DNA of 64,000 nucleotides from Glaucostegus cemiculus (taxonomy: Eukaryota), in contig CDPCPM010000026.1 of assembly GCA_976551045.1 (NCBI GenBank), positions 5,890,001 to 5,954,000 on the forward strand, in the 5' to 3' direction. Each line of letters opens with the position of its first letter. Positions within the stretch are counted from its first letter, which is position 1. The notes beneath the pieces were generated by a model. The model saw only the letters and a program-made list of their open reading frames with translations. It did not search any database and was not told the origin of the DNA. A program made the position numbers and the translations under genes. Shown here one piece after another: positions 49,890 to 64,000 of this stretch.

Positions 49890-51330
49890 CTGACATTTAT
49901 TAGTCTCATATTATTAAACAATATTCTGCTTTTCTATTTCTCCTACCAAAGTGAACAACCTCATATTTCCCCACATTGTACTCCATCTGCTGTAGTTTTA
50001 CTTATGCCCTTAATATGTCCATCCCTTTAGAAGACTCTTTTTGTCTTCCTTGTAACTAACTTTCCCACCTATATTTGTATTGTCAACAGATGCAATGCAT
50101 ATGCTCCAATCACCAAAGTCATTAAATTAACTTGTAAATAGCTGAGGTCCCATTATCTGGTGTTACTCCATGGATTAAAGCTTCATAAAATGAAAATGAA
50201 CAATTAATTCCTACTTTCTGTGTTTTTTGCCACTTAGTTAATGTACTCCAATTTTCTATCAATGCTATTATCCCGAGTTCAAGAAGAAGCCATTGTAATG
50301 GAACATCTCTCTTTTTCCCTTGTGCCCCATGAAAGAAAACCATTTTCTCCCACAGCATTTTTAAGCCACGCATTCAACACTCTGATCTCATTGGTCCTAT
50401 CCCAATTTGTACATATTTCAGCTATAATCCAGAGATTATTGATTTTGTTGTTCTGCCTTTTAATTTAACTCTTAGCCACTTTTTCAACAGAACCTCCTTC
50501 ATAGTCCTCTCAGTGTTATTGGTTCCAACATGGAGCACACCAACAAGATCTTACCCTCCAACACCATTTTTCTCCATCCCAGAGGGGCTGTGCTTAACTC
50601 TGGCAAGCAACACAGGAGTTAGGTCTCCAACTCTCAACTACAGAGAACAGCATTTGTGCCCCATGTCTTTACTTCTCCTTTTACTACCACATTCATTTCC
50701 ACTCCATCCACCTGAATGGCCCTTATGCCATGAGGTATGGTCAGTTTGCTCATTCTCCCTGCAATCTCTGCTCCCACTCACATAGTCTGCAAGAATTTTG
50801 GAACTGTTGAACAAAAGTTAAGGATCCCCCTAGTGCCATCTTTAGGATCCATTCTCACTCCCATCCTGCTTGACTCCTAGTTCAGTAGTGCCTAAACTTA
50901 GGGCTGTGACTGCCTCTTGGAACAAGTACCCAGGTAACTTTGCCTCCTTCTTGATGCATCGGGGAATCTGAATCTCAGACTCCGGCTCATCAACTCTGAA
51001 TTAAAACTCCTACAGCTGCTGATAATTACTGCAGGTGGGATTGAGACTTGGTTAAACTCCTCAAGATTGCAGCTCCTGCATGTAGCATGTTGTACCTTCT
51101 CTGTCCTAAATGAATTTACTTAGTTAGTAGTTAAGTTAGAAGACTAGCTTTTTAGTGTTCCTTTATACTAATTATAAACAAGATTACTAACTGGACCAGT
51201 TAGCAGCATATGCAGTCTCTTATGTCTCCATTACTAACTGGAAACCTCATTTGAGTTGCCAATTTAAGTAATATTCTCTTTGCTCTTTGTGTTTTATAAA
51301 AGCTACAATTCTCTTCAGTCAATCACCTAC
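49890..51330 (-). mobile_element. Internally deleted CR1 retaining ORF1 (zinc finger/leucine zipper plus SGNH esterase) and an RT piece
   Basis: The minus strand reads CSNYQQL*EF*FRVDEPESEIQIPRCI (about 50955-51032) and LCCLP/RVKHSPSGMEKN/DLVGVLHVGTNN (about 50515-50617), similar to CR1 ORF1 CCLPGA.V.D......VVVHVGTND. An RT antisense piece lies at 49900-50250. Confidence 0.7.
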
Positions 51331-51494
51331 CTCTTTTCCTACAATATCTCATTTTGATGGTCCTCCTTCTTTTGAACTTCTGATCTCTGCTGCTCTAAGT
51401 AAGTACAAACCTTGCTCTGGACCCAGACCTTGACCTTGACTCCAGACTCTCAGGAATTGGTTCATTTTTAACTGCCTAGTGAAATGGCCGCCTG

Positions 51495-51568
51495 GTTCGA
51501 GGGCACCAAAAAATGAGCAATAAATGCTATCCTTGTCAGTGCCATCCACTTTCCATCAATAAATAAAG
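51495..51568 (+). mobile_element. Isolated L2/Deu-SINE-type 3' tail
   Basis: It reads atgagcaataaatgctatccttgtcagtgccatccactttccatcaataaataaa. Confidence 0.5.
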
Positions 51569-52014
51569 AGTAAAGTCCCCTATATGGCCACCTCTAAGGC
51601 TAGTGCTCCCAAGAATAAAGTGACTGACAGCATCTTCTGTAAAGTGTAAATTTCTATGTTACATTTAAAGCAAAAGGTTATGGGGTATTGCTATAGTCTT
51701 TTGAAACATACAGGAAATATCTCCAGGAACAGACACCAGAGCCCTAATATAGGCAAGCTTTTAATTGATCTTCTCACAATCAAAGCCAGGGTTTTACTCT
51801 TTAGCCTCGATATTAATTAACCTTTAAGTGAACGACCCTGTCTTTAATTAGCATTAATTACACTTTGTAAAAATGACACATACCTCTACTTTAGCAGGAG
51901 AATAATTATGTTTTATGTGGTACAATGTTTCTGCCCTTATAAAACACTGTATCCTCTAACTCACCATGAGTAACACCATGCAGTTTCTCTGCTATATATA
52001 TAAAATGGTACAGC

Positions 52015-52390
52015 TTTTTTGAATTCATTCTTGGATTATGAGGATTGCTGGCAATATGAGCATCATTGCAGCATTTATTGCTCATCCATTATTCCCCTTG
52101 AAGAAGGTGGAAAGGAGGCTTTTCCTTGATCTGCTGCACTCTGGTGAGGAAGATGGTCCAACACTGCTGTTTGGGAGGCAATATGCTCCATTTCTCTTTG
52201 AGGTAACACTGATACATGTGCAGTGTACGTTGGTATGAGGCTCCACGTTGACCTTCTGCCCTTATCCTTCTTGCCAAAGGAAGTCTCAGGTTTGGTGGGG
52301 GTCTTGGTTTCGAGAGGAGTTGCCAAAGAAGCCCTGGCAAATTGCTGCAGTGCAGCTTTTGGTAGTAAACCATGTAGCCATAGTGCATAG
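52015..52390 (-). mobile_element. L2-clade LINE 3' end
   Basis: gcatttattgctcatcc..ccttgaagaaggtgg...ctgctgcactc...actgctgtttgggagg is the reverse of the tail at 11260-11385. Confidence 0.7.
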
Positions 52391-55099
52391 ATCATGAAGG
52401 GACTGGGTACCTAAGACACCTTTACTCAGCCAATGGTCCCAGCTGTTCCTTGATGCTGCCTGTAGGAAATGAAAGCATGTCCAGGTCTTGTGCATTGGCA
52501 TTGTCAAACTTGGAAGTCCCAAACTTGCTGAACAACAGATGGTGCTGCATCTGTCAATGCACTCTGGCCAGTAACAAGGTTCTACCATGCTGAGATTGCC
52601 CAGCATTTGCACTGAGGACACTTTTGGAACCTGCACCAGACCGGACCTAAATAAGATCTGAGACCTCACTGATTTGCAGAGCGATTGTTGTAAGGCGTAA
52701 GGTATACTCATTTTCCATAAATATTTTGGTTTCGTTTAATGTTTCTAAATAGTTATAAATGTTTTATATGTTGCCAGATAATTTTATTTTAAGAAAACTA
52801 ATCATTTTACTTTGAATTATTAATTTCATTTTAATAATTTTGAAATGTCTGTGCATGTTGGAGACATCTTAAAACAATTGAAAATTCCTTAACTTTTACA
52901 GTCAAGAAAGGTGGGGAGGTGGTGTCAGGCTTTGCAAAGGCCTCCAGGGATGTTTCTTTATTGCACCATCAAGAGGCCCTCCAAATGGTCAGTTCACCTG
53001 CCACTTCTAACTATGGTTGTATCCACCATTGTTGAGGATGGTATGATGACTGAGTCTTCTCCAAGTATTCCGACTGTTTAATTATTCACCACATTCATGT
53101 CTGTGTGTGGCATGAGTGCAGAGCTTCAATTTGATCCATTAGTTGTGGAGCTACAAATTTCTGTTTCACAAATGCTGTTTTCACTGATCCTGTACACTAG
53201 CCTCACTACTTTAACATGTTTTCAGGTATCCTAGATCCTACCCCTGAAATCCTTTCCTATTCACCTCAGTTAAACCAAGTTCTCTGCTGAACCAGCCTCA
53301 TTCATCTGATTTGCTGGTGTTGTGATGCTGATGGAGAAATCATCCATGCTGGGCCTTGACGAGGCATGTTTAATGGAATGAGTTACTGTTGTTTCAGAAG
53401 AACAAAATCACAAACCTCCATCGACACCCATGCCTGTTGCCTTTCCCTGCTGCACCACCCTTACATCTATGGAGACCCTGTTTTGAGTTGCTATTTGTTC
53501 ATGATCTATCCAATTTAACACAATGGCTGTGCTTCACAACACAACATGTTGGACAGTTCCCTGCATGTGAAGGTGGGACTTGGTCTCCTCAAAAATGTTG
53601 CGATGGTCCTTTTCACCAATATTCCCATGCACATGTGTATTTGTGACAGGTGAATTGGTGTGTGGAATATCAATAAAAGAAAGTGAGATGTGAAACAATG
53701 ACATCATATTATGATTTTCACATCCACAGGCCATCCCAAATCACTTACAGCCAATATGATGTTGGCTGATGGCTGAGATTTTCTATGTATCATGAGGAGT
53801 TGTCTGAATGGTATATGGGATAACTTTCTCCAAGGTGGAAAGCAGTTCCCAGATGCCAGTAAGGAAGTGTTTACCATGTTGACTAGTTTGGCAGTTCCCT
53901 GCCTCTTCCTAATTTGGTGGCTACATCATGACTGTGGTTTGTATTTGATTCTTCTTCATGACAATTTGGTATAACTGATTTATTTGGGTATTTAAAGCAC
54001 TGATGTGAGAATTTTTGAGTGTGACTGCAATGCTTCAGAGATCTCTCTTGGTAACAAATTGAAAACCCAAAGAAAGTTGGATGCCTCTAAACTGTAACGT
54101 GGCATTCTCAACTCTGATTGTCTTAAATATACGAGACTTGAAAGGTCCCTTTACAGAATGATACATTCCTCCATTTCATGTTCTTGTGCTTTGTCTTTGC
54201 ATTGTAAAATAAACTTTGTAAAGTTCTGCATAATGAGTGACTGAAATACAGTGACCTAAAAATTCTTTCTCATTTGCAAACATCTGCTAAGATGGCATAC
54301 CAGCACCAGTTTATTCTAGTGTCATGGATTTTCATCATTGCCCATCTGCAAGGCTTCAGGCATTTAAACTGCAATATGTGGGTTCTTAGTCCAACTGTAT
54401 ACCATGCTAGAACTATTATAAACTACTAAAATACTGGTGAAGCACACTTTGTTTATTCCACTATCTTTAATTACACATTGCAAGTGCACTAACTTATATG
54501 TATGCATCACATATTTATACAAACAACACCGCTTTCCCATTTTGGAAAGAGAGATTTACATTGGTTAAATCTGTAAATGTGACAATCTATAGTTCTTTGA
54601 GTCATTTTGATCTTCTCAAAGGAATTATCATTGGTGTTACACCAACTACTTGACTTACACAAGTCTGGAGTTTTATATTGTTTCTTCCTCAGTCTTCACT
54701 GATTCAAGCTCTGGAATACATTCATGCTCACATTGCTTTACAATATTCTCAAAGGAAATAAGTGAGTTACATATACACTTCAAATTCTGTCTCCTATTTT
54801 CAACAAATCTCCTTGGACTGCATACTTCATCTATCACTCCAATGTCCCATTTCCGAGTATCAGGTTTACTTGGTTATGCACAAACTCTGTCATGTTGTTT
54901 AGAATGTTTCTCTCCATGGGTTGAGTTGCAATTTTGTTTCCATCTCAGCTGCTTCCCTTTCACTCTTCCCTCAAGATTTGGCTGAACCAAGCTCAGTTGA
55001 GTCTCGGCATTCATCACTCAGCAGGGGTGTAACCTGTTGTGGAATGTAGGGTCATTGTGGAGTCTAGTGAAAGGTTTGCTAATTGATGTCTCATTGTTG

Positions 55100-56170
55100 A
55101 ACTTGAGCACCTACCTTACATTCCGATGGCCAGAACTATGCCCTCTGCTTTAACCTATTTATATCTCTCTGAATCCTCCTCATATCCTCTTTACAACTTA
55201 CTTTCCTAACTACTTTTGTAACATCAGCAAATTTAGCAAGTAAGTCATCTTTGTGCCTTCACCAAAGTCATTGGATAAATGGTAAAAAATTGAGGCCCCG
55301 TCATTCACTTCTGTGGCACTCCACCCCTTACATCTTGCCAATCAGAAGAGACCCATTTTTGCTTACTCTCTATATCCTCCTAGGCAGCCATGGCATTATG
55401 TTAACTCCTCTGTCATGGGCTTTTAATTTTTACAAGCTCCATTGACACAGTGCCTTATCAAAACTAAGACAATCTTCTGGTTCCCTTTTATCTACAGCAC
55501 CTGTTAATTCTTCAACGAACACTATAAGTTGACCAAACAAGATTTTCTTTTCACAAAACCATGTTGACTTTGCCTGATTATCTATAATTTTTCTAAGTGC
55601 CTTGCTATAACATCCTTAATGATAGCTTCTAACATTTCCTCTATTGTCATGGGCCTTGTACTTTATTTGTCTACCTGCACTACATGTTCTCTGTAACACC
55701 ATATTCTGCATCCTGTGGTTTTTTTTTCCTTTTTGTACTACCTTGATGTATTTATGTATGGAATGATCTGTCTGGATGGCAGGCAAATGAAAGCTTTTCA
55801 CTGTATCTTTTCACTGTGACAATAATAAACCAATTACAAATGTTAAGCTAACTGGCCTGTAGGTTCCTGTTTGCAGTCACCTTCCCGTTTTGAACAAAGG
55901 AGTTACATTTGCTATTTCCTAATCTAATGAAATCTTCCCTGAATCTAGGGATTCCTGGAAAATTAAATGCATTAACTATCTCACTAGCCACTTCTTTTAA
56001 ATCCCAAGGATGAAGTCCATCTGGACACAGGGAATTATCAGCTGCATCTTCAACAATTTGCTCAGTACTTTGTCCATGATGTTTGTAATTTTCCCAAGTT
56101 GCTCCCTCCCTTCCAATTCTGATTTATAGATAAACCTAGGATATCACTTGTTTTCTCTATAGTGAAGGCT
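55100..56170 (-). mobile_element. Decayed CR1 RT region
   Basis: It shows antisense of NLQAS*LN / NYRPVSLT-like (gttaagctaactggcctgtag), QHGFVK (ttcacaaaaccatgttgac) and SGVPQ (ctgtggcactccac). Confidence 0.75.
55645..55840 (+). mobile_element. Rex1/Babar-type 3' tail inserted in CR1
   Basis: gatctgtctggatggcaggcaa..aaagcttttcactgtatc..tgtgacaataataaaccaattac is the reverse complement of the 11392 and 39893 termini. Confidence 0.8.
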
Positions 56171-58645
56171 AAAGGCAGGTATTGTACAGGTCCTCATACA
56201 AAATATTCATGCAGGAGCCTCTCAAATCTATCTTGTTGTCCCTTCCCATGTAGGGTTGCGCCAGTATTGTCCCCATGCCCACACTTGTTGGCACTCTCTT
56301 GGCATTAACTGCCGCTCTGCTCAGCCAGTACCATTGCCAGTACCTCAGACTGCTGGTGTGGTTCCCAGTATGTTTGCTTCACAGGTCAGTCCACTTGCTT
56401 GAGATGAAGTCTGTTTTTTCTTTCTTCCTTTTTTTATATTCTCAATGCCAATCTGCAGTATATGTACAGGTTTGTAGTACATGGCATATACTGTATATTG
56501 TATCAAAAATATGAATGAACCACTGTCAAAAATGAAGAGGTGCTAAAACACGTGCTTGTTATTTCCTCTGCTGCTTTAACTACACTGTGCATGCGCACTG
56601 ACAACATACAAATATGTCACAGTTTTACCTGGAGTATATCACCATCAGAATTCACAACTTTTTCTGCGGTTGTGCAAATTTTAGGACTCACATTCCTCAG
56701 GGACTTCATGCAGGGGCAGCAAGAGTACCAAAGACTGAGGCATGACTGACAGCTGCAATGGAATGAACCTCAATCCACCATTACCCTTCAGAGAGGTTGA
56801 GGAGTTTGAGAATTGTGGGGAATACTTGTTTTCATGCAAAGCAGAGGAAGCTAGATTAAAGTTATGTTAGTCCACCAGGAGCAGTGTCGCCCGCATGGGT
56901 TTTTAGAAGGGCACCTGACAAAGATACATCTGGAAAATTGAAGCTCCTGGGATCCTGGGGAAAATGGCAAATTGGCCACCCAGAGAGGGGAATATAGTGT
57001 GTTTGGTCCTTCCCCACCACAGCTCAAAATGTAGAATGCCTCAGCTGAAGAAGGAACAGAGATCTTTTCCATCATCACAGATGAGCCATTCCCATCAATA
57101 CTTTCTGCTATGGACTCCCTATCAAATGTTGTTCCATCCCTTTAAGTATTTCAGGACTGATGCTGCTTCCTCCTCTTGGGGCCTACATTCCTGTCTATAG
57201 TCCATTCTCTGTCTTTGCCATTGTGTGTGTCAAACATTGTATTGCAGAATGACTGATGGCAATGGCGTATGCTCAGCAACTTTTGTACACATGCACGTCA
57301 CCAGCATGGAACCAAGCTTTCAATATGCCCAATGCAAGCTATAAGGTGATTACATTTAGCATAGATTTTACACTACAATTCGATCCTGCCGCGTAAATGT
57401 GTGCCACATGATTGAATTCCTCTGCCACTGGTCCTGCCAAATACAAATATTAACTGGTAAAACAGAATGAATTTACTTGCTGATTCTGAGCTTTTGATTT
57501 ACTGGTTGGATGAACTTTTAAAACAAAATTGAGGTTCTGAGTAACGTGTAGATTTAAGCAGGTCTAAACAGAAAGGTAAATACTTTCGCAGCAGGGGACT
57601 CAAATGGCTCTAACATCTGTTGATACAGTCCCAGTTAGTTTAATTTCCAGGAGAGGAAACACGTCCCAATGGGGAAACTTCTTGGGTCATCTCCAATGAG
57701 CTCTATTTTTGCTTCAAGCTTTTACCTTCAGGCTAATCTTCCCAGCAGGCATCACTCCCATAGCAACCATGAAGGTTAATGCTCCATATCCCCTCAGTCA
57801 AGTATTTCACTCTGTTCGCTACTTCCCTTCTATACAATTTTATGCAGAAGAATTCCTGTACTTCTCTCACACGCAGGCTGTCTTGCAGACTTACATTTCC
57901 TGAACGGGCCGCCCCTTTGGCTTTTTGGTCTGCTGGACACACTCTGCACTGAAACCTGAGTCTCAAAGAGAGAGATCAGAATATAAGTTGCCTTGGCATC
58001 TGGACCAAGAAATGTCAGCATAGTCGTTAAGAAAATACTAAGCCACTTTAGTTCTGCCCTTCAACCCTAGGAGGGCAATTAACAGTCCAAGGTAATGTAA
58101 TAAAACCTCGTGTTCCCACAGGAAAGTCTTCGATGTTAAGCTTTGCCTAACTGGAAACTAATAAGGTGTAACAGTGCTAACAACCAATACAGTAAAAAGC
58201 TGATAAGCCAAAGTAATGACTATTACATTACACAAACCTCTAATATATAACACCCCAGATCAATTGCTTAATGTGTAATACTTAGCCAGGACAATTTAGA
58301 TTAATAGTTTGCAGGAGCAGTTGGTGTCTTTGGGCACTGTGATTATAAAGGAAGTGAAGTTGATGGCTCTTTTAAATTTGTGCCAGTATATTTGGTATTT
58401 ACTTCAATCCATCAATGTCAATGAGTACTTGATTTATTTGTCAAAAGTTAAACCAGAAATTCATGGGCCAGTGATTCCAGCAATTAGGGTGGGATCATAC
58501 CTGCTGGAAGCCTCTGCTACTGACCCCTGCATTTTTTCAGGAGTCTGGGGAAGGTTTTCTAATTAGGCTGCCACTGGCACGCAGCCGTAATGGTAACTGT
58601 ATTTCTAGGGTGCCTGATATTGCAAAGTCCAGTATAAGTATCCAA

Positions 58646-58665
58646 GGGTGGGGGTGGGGTGGGGG
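58646..58665 (+). other. Canonical G-quadruplex motif
   Basis: GGG T GGGGG T GGGG T GGGGG has four G-runs with 1-nt loops. Confidence 0.6.
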
Positions 58666-61600
58666 AGGAGGGGCAGTCTTTAGGAAATGACATAGCTGCT
58701 CTCCTGTTTTGTGTTTTACAGGATCACTTTTAAAATGCAGATAAAAATTACCAACTTCTTTCTTTGGTTCAGACACAATCAAGGATTTTATCTCTTGTTG
58801 GGCATCCCTTTTGCTGAATCTCCAGGTCCAAGCAGATATTTGTGTGGTCTAATTTGTCTACCGCCTGTGACCTGGCTCCGCTAGGTGCTCACAAAGGCAG
58901 GAACCCCTGACTTGGGGAACCCAACATCATTCCAACCCCCTCGGTGATATGTTGGGAAGGCAGAGGCTGTCCTCAACAAGGAATTGCAGAATTCTGGTCT
59001 TTAGCCTGGAACCCTTGTATCTAGACATTCGCCTCATTCCGAACTCTCCTGGTGCATGTCTGTTGAAAACTCTGGGGAAAATTACCAGGAAAGCTGTAGA
59101 TTTTCATCCCCACTGTGCTGCTTGAAAGTCGTGTATTATTTGTCCAATATTTATCATATTTTGAATAAGTTGAGAACTTCAATACGGACACAAAAGTTAA
59201 CCTTTTTCCTATTACCATTTTCCTCTGATTTTTCTGAAGGCACTAACTGTTTCCGGGATATGATTCCCTGTATGGAGGGATTTCTTGCAGTCTTCCTATC
59301 TGGCCACATTTTATGAGTGATTTTAGGCAATTAATATTGGCAAGCTATTTGCCTATGGAGAGCAACACAACCGGGCTTCCTTCTCTCTGTACTTGCACAT
59401 TATCAGGCAGGAACGTGGCTGACTTTCCATTTCCTCTGTACATTAGTTGTGAGGTAACTTGTACCATTCAGCTGGTGCTATAGCTTGGCTCAGCTAACTC
59501 TGCCAAGGCCAGGAAGCAGATTTGTTATCTACTTTTGTATGGTTTGATGTTTCAAGGGGAATGAAATGTTTCAGTGCAAAGGCATCTCAGTGAAGGAAAA
59601 TTAATTCTGAAAAAAAGCATTGATTTCCTTTGCTGGTGACACAACCCCTTAATATTATGATTTCTTTCTGCAGTCAAGTAATGTTGGCTTTAGGTATAGT
59701 GATCCCAACACCAGGGAAAGAAATGGTGGTGACCTAATGAAAGCAGATTCCAGCTGCCTGGGTCTACTCTCCTGCTTGAAAAAAGGTCAAACACCAAAAG
59801 TAAATTGGATGAGCATTGTGGATACTCCAGTGATGCCCCAGTCTACCTGATTCTATTTGCAGACAGACCTAAAAATATGAAGCCAGCACTCCGACTCAAA
59901 GCACTGCATTTCTGAACCTATTTATGTTTCTATTTTCTTCTACAAATGAGTAGAGTGTGAGATAGGCCCAGCTGGAGGTGGTGTTGTGAGGAATGGGAGG
60001 GATTGCGGAAGGGTGCCCAGGAAAGGCTATGGCTTTCTACCCAGCGTAAATCCCTGCAAGCCTATTTTGCCCAACATCTCTCAATCTGCAGATCAGCCCT
60101 ACACCGCAACAGCCAGCAAAAATCCACTGGCTGATCTATTACCTTCCAAAACTGGACTGGCCATTTGCAGCAGAGAGGCTGGCTGTTACCTGCAACTTGC
60201 TGCTTGACTCTACTAGCTGCAGTCGCCCTACCCACTGCACATCCACTTCAGACAAGGTTGCAAGCTCTCCCATCTCACTGAAGAGGAAAGAAGCAGCTGA
60301 GAAAAAGAACAGTGTGTGGGATTGTATTAGATAGAATGCATTGAGAGATACCTTTTGGTTTTGCTGCACTTAAGATAATCTTTTCTGAGAATTTGAGGAG
60401 GTCTACAAGCAATTAATAGTAGACAGCTTCTCAGGAAAGATCGTATTAAAGAAAAGCAAGGTATCTTAATGGAGTTAAATGCACACTGAATGCAATTTCT
60501 TTCTGATATTAAAACAAACTGCACATCAATAGCGTGTCTTCTAATTAAAGATGCTGACTGATCAGCTATGTATTCCTAGCAATGGTATACTTTGTGATTT
60601 CCAACATTTACATTTTATCTGTTTGAGTGAAACAATGAGCACCAGATTATTATTTTTATCTTTACACGCAAGAATGTTCTTAAAATGTTATTCTACGTAC
60701 GTGGGTAAATCAAATAATCAGAGCAGATTCTAGTTACAACTGGAATCATTGAAAGTGCTGGAAGATTGGCTTTATTAAAAGTCTTGATACCAAATTCCAT
60801 GAATGCTCATGTTACATACAACAATAGTAATTTGCATCTGCATGGCTCTGCATTGCACTGGCATGTCAAAAACAATATGTGACTCTGATCAAAGATGGTC
60901 AGAATTGGTTCAAAAATAAGTCATGTTTAAATATTTAAAAATGCAAATGTGTACTTGAAAATGGAATAAATGCCCACTGCATCATTAAGATACTAATTGT
61001 CTCAACACATAAAGTTTTCTGTAGGGTGTAATGAAATCTGCTTTTAACAATTTGTGACTTGACACAGTTGCTGCTAAATGATGGGATGATTTATGCAGCA
61101 GCTTATGTTATTGTGCACTTTCTGCATTATTAAAACATTGTATGATGGAAAGCTGTTCCAGACTAGTTAAGGATAATAACCTCAAGTTCTTTAATTATAA
61201 GCTATTGAGAAACTTAAGTAATAATTTTTAATCAAAGTAAAATAAATGTCATCATTTGTTCCTTTGTAAAGACGCAATATGTGGAAATGTCATACTTATT
61301 GCTGATGCATGCTTATTCATTAACTTCTAATTGCATACACCTTTAAATGAAACACACAAACCACATTCTGTTTCAAGAACAGTTTGTTTAAAGTCTGCAA
61401 GGCTCTATTATTAGCACTATTTAATTATGAAAATGGCAACCGTGGAGAATTCTGAACAAACTATTTCCCTTGATCATTAGCTACAGGGGCAAAAAAATGA
61501 AACACTTTCAACAATGAAAGGTTCATATTTCAAGCGTATAGCTTCTAAAAGGGTATACACAGAAAATCAATTTTATTAAAGTCCTTCAAGGACTAAAGGG

Positions 61601-64000
61601 ACATTCATGCAGCTAAGCAATTTCAAAAATATGTCCACAGGCTGTGACAGTTTTGATTCATGTTTTAACAGTGTAATATTTTGACTGTTTTCAATATTGT
61701 CCTATGAGAAGGTCAGCTATAATTTTTAGCATCACACTTAAATCAAAATGTATTTATCACAGTTTTATTTTACTGCTACTTTATAATCTTTTCGAGCTGT
61801 GTAAAAGTATTTTGTACGGAATCTATACAGATTGTCATCTCATTAAGTAAAATACATTAACGGTCCAAATCTCTTTTACAAGAGATGTGATTTAGATCCA
61901 AACTAATAAAGATGGAAACTCCTGCACTGATTGAGAGTTTTAGGAGTTGTGTTCAATCTAACCTATAACTGAAAAGAATCATAAATCCCCACTTAGATCA
62001 CATAGGAAACATTATGTTAACATAGCAGATTGCTGGTTGCTGCATATGTGCTAAACTGAATTAAAGTTCACAGTACAATTTGGACTATTTTGCATAACCA
62101 GAATGAAACAGATGAAAATAGTGTAATATTTGATTTACTTCACTGTGTCAGTTTGTTTTGACAAATATGTGAAATTATTTTTAATGAGACTGGGAAAGAA
62201 TACCATGCTATTTTGACCATCTGATAATGATTATATCTCCAATAGTTTGAAGTAATTTGCATCAGTAAGTAACTTTAAAACTTACAGATAATGGGCAGCA
62301 GGCTACTGGCAATGATGTGGGAAATATTTAATTGCTTGTAATGTATTGAAAGAAAACATTGGCCTGGTTTTTACCAGCAAGGCTCTGCCATCTCTATTCA
62401 CCGCCTCATTCTCTACTCCCCTGAACTTAACATAGCCCAGTAAAAAAGGCCAATGTCCTTACACAGATGGTTCAGGAATCCAGCTGCAAGGTTGCGAATG
62501 GTAGCAGGGCCTCAGGTATGTAAGTATGAATTGGGTAGGCCAGAGCAAGTTCTTTGGCAGTCTTTGACAGGTGGTAAAGCCCTGCCCACAGCTTTGCTGA
62601 TGGTCAGAGCTGTCATGGATTTTGATTGTTTCTACAAAATTAAAATTAACTAAAGTACTTCTAAAATTGTAACTTATCATTTCCCTTATCTTTCTTTTTC
62701 TTACCCACAATGCTACAATCCTAATTCAAATGAATGGGGCCACAGATGTGCACTGGTGCTGGGGAATCAGAACAGCATGCTGGAATCTGTAGCAAAGTGT
62801 AGCTGCACATTAGCCAGCAAAGCTTGCCTCGTTGGTTCTGCATTACTAATGGACTCCAAAACATACTAGCAGTTACGCCGAGAAATCCTGGCAGATCCAC
62901 GCAATTTTGTAGGTATTTCCCACCAATTGACATCACAATAATTATTGAGTTAATAACATCAACTGAGGCTTTTGAATTGTGAAGTGTAAGAAACAAAGGG
63001 ACAATGGAGGAAGGAGATAAAATACTAATGAAGACAAAACCCAGCAATAGCTGAGCTGAAAAAGAGCTTTGTACAGTACATCCAAAGGTGCAATTCTATG
63101 GTAGATAGAATGTACAGTTCTCCACTGCATGCATTAAATGTGTAAAGTAGTATTAAAGACATATTAAAGTCCACTTCTGAAATTTGGTTCCATTGAACTC
63201 ATTAGAATGGAATTTCAAAAACACCGTTGTTATGTTGAGTATTCAGAGGATGAATTTCTACCATGTATTTCTTTATTAATTGTTCCTAATTCTGGAAATG
63301 ACTACACTTCAGAATGACTTTATTCTTTTGGATGTTTTGAGTGATCATACACAATTGAAAACACACTGGTAGGACCTAGACGGACAAGCTTGTGAATGGT
63401 AGTTTTGGACATCTTATTTAATTGCTTGATTTTTTTTTTCCTGGTTATTTATCTTCCAGTGTTTGCTATTTATGTTTCCGTAAAAAGTAGGCGATCAGAT
63501 ATTAAATGCATATATGTGTATTTATATCTTTTGTAGACTCTATGGTATAATTTATTGGCCTGTTTGCATTGGGACTATTTTCCTGCACTCACAACAAGCT
63601 CAGTCAAAGTTCAGAAGTGTTATCATTTAATAATTTATCATAGGCTAGCTTTAATTTGAAGTTCCATGACTCATTGACATTGTAAATAATACCAGAATGA
63701 AAATATATTTCACAATTGGCAGACAGCACAAGGAAATGAAGCAGAAAGTGCTCTCTGTTGCTAGCACTTGGTAGCTTGTTGCATAACTGTACTGTTAAAA
63801 TTGAATTATGCTCTTGAAATATTTAAAATGCCAATTCGTCACAAAGCTAGAAATTTGAATCAACTCCATGACAAGTTATTAAAATATACATTTGCTGTGC
63901 TGTACTTGCCCATAATTTTTAACTTTAATCCTTGCTAATAGGATTTCAGATTACAGACAAGATCCTCAGGAGAGGGGTGAAGGCTGCTTGATGTAAAAAC

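Noticed and set aside
53300-57200. Further Harbinger Myb or transposase relics at about 53480-53630 and 56700-56870 (minus strand)
   Set aside because: Only a few residues (e.g. NLSEG) resemble the family, too decayed to support without an alignment.

Overview
This is vertebrate, CpG-depleted, AT-rich non-coding DNA. The repeat content (HE1-type V-SINE, Deu-domain SINEs, many CR1, L2, Rex1/Babar and Penelope-like fragments) points to an elasmobranch (shark or ray). I recognise no intact host gene, tRNA, rRNA or CRISPR array, and the listed ORFs are either TE relics or likely chance. The window is probably intronic or intergenic. The main structure the ORF track misses is: (1) two back-to-back fossil two-gene PIF/Harbinger transposons at 1-5.7 kb, each with a HARBI1-like transposase converging on a Myb/SANT-like gene; (2) dispersed Penelope-like terminal repeats carrying a hammerhead-ribozyme-like core, including a young 200-bp fold-back insertion with a perfect 10-bp TSD; (3) two V-SINEs with similar cores but different LINE-derived tails; (4) several unexplained hairpins and one coding-like relic. 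All family assignments come from manual translation and recalled motifs, not database searches, and repeat boundaries are approximate.
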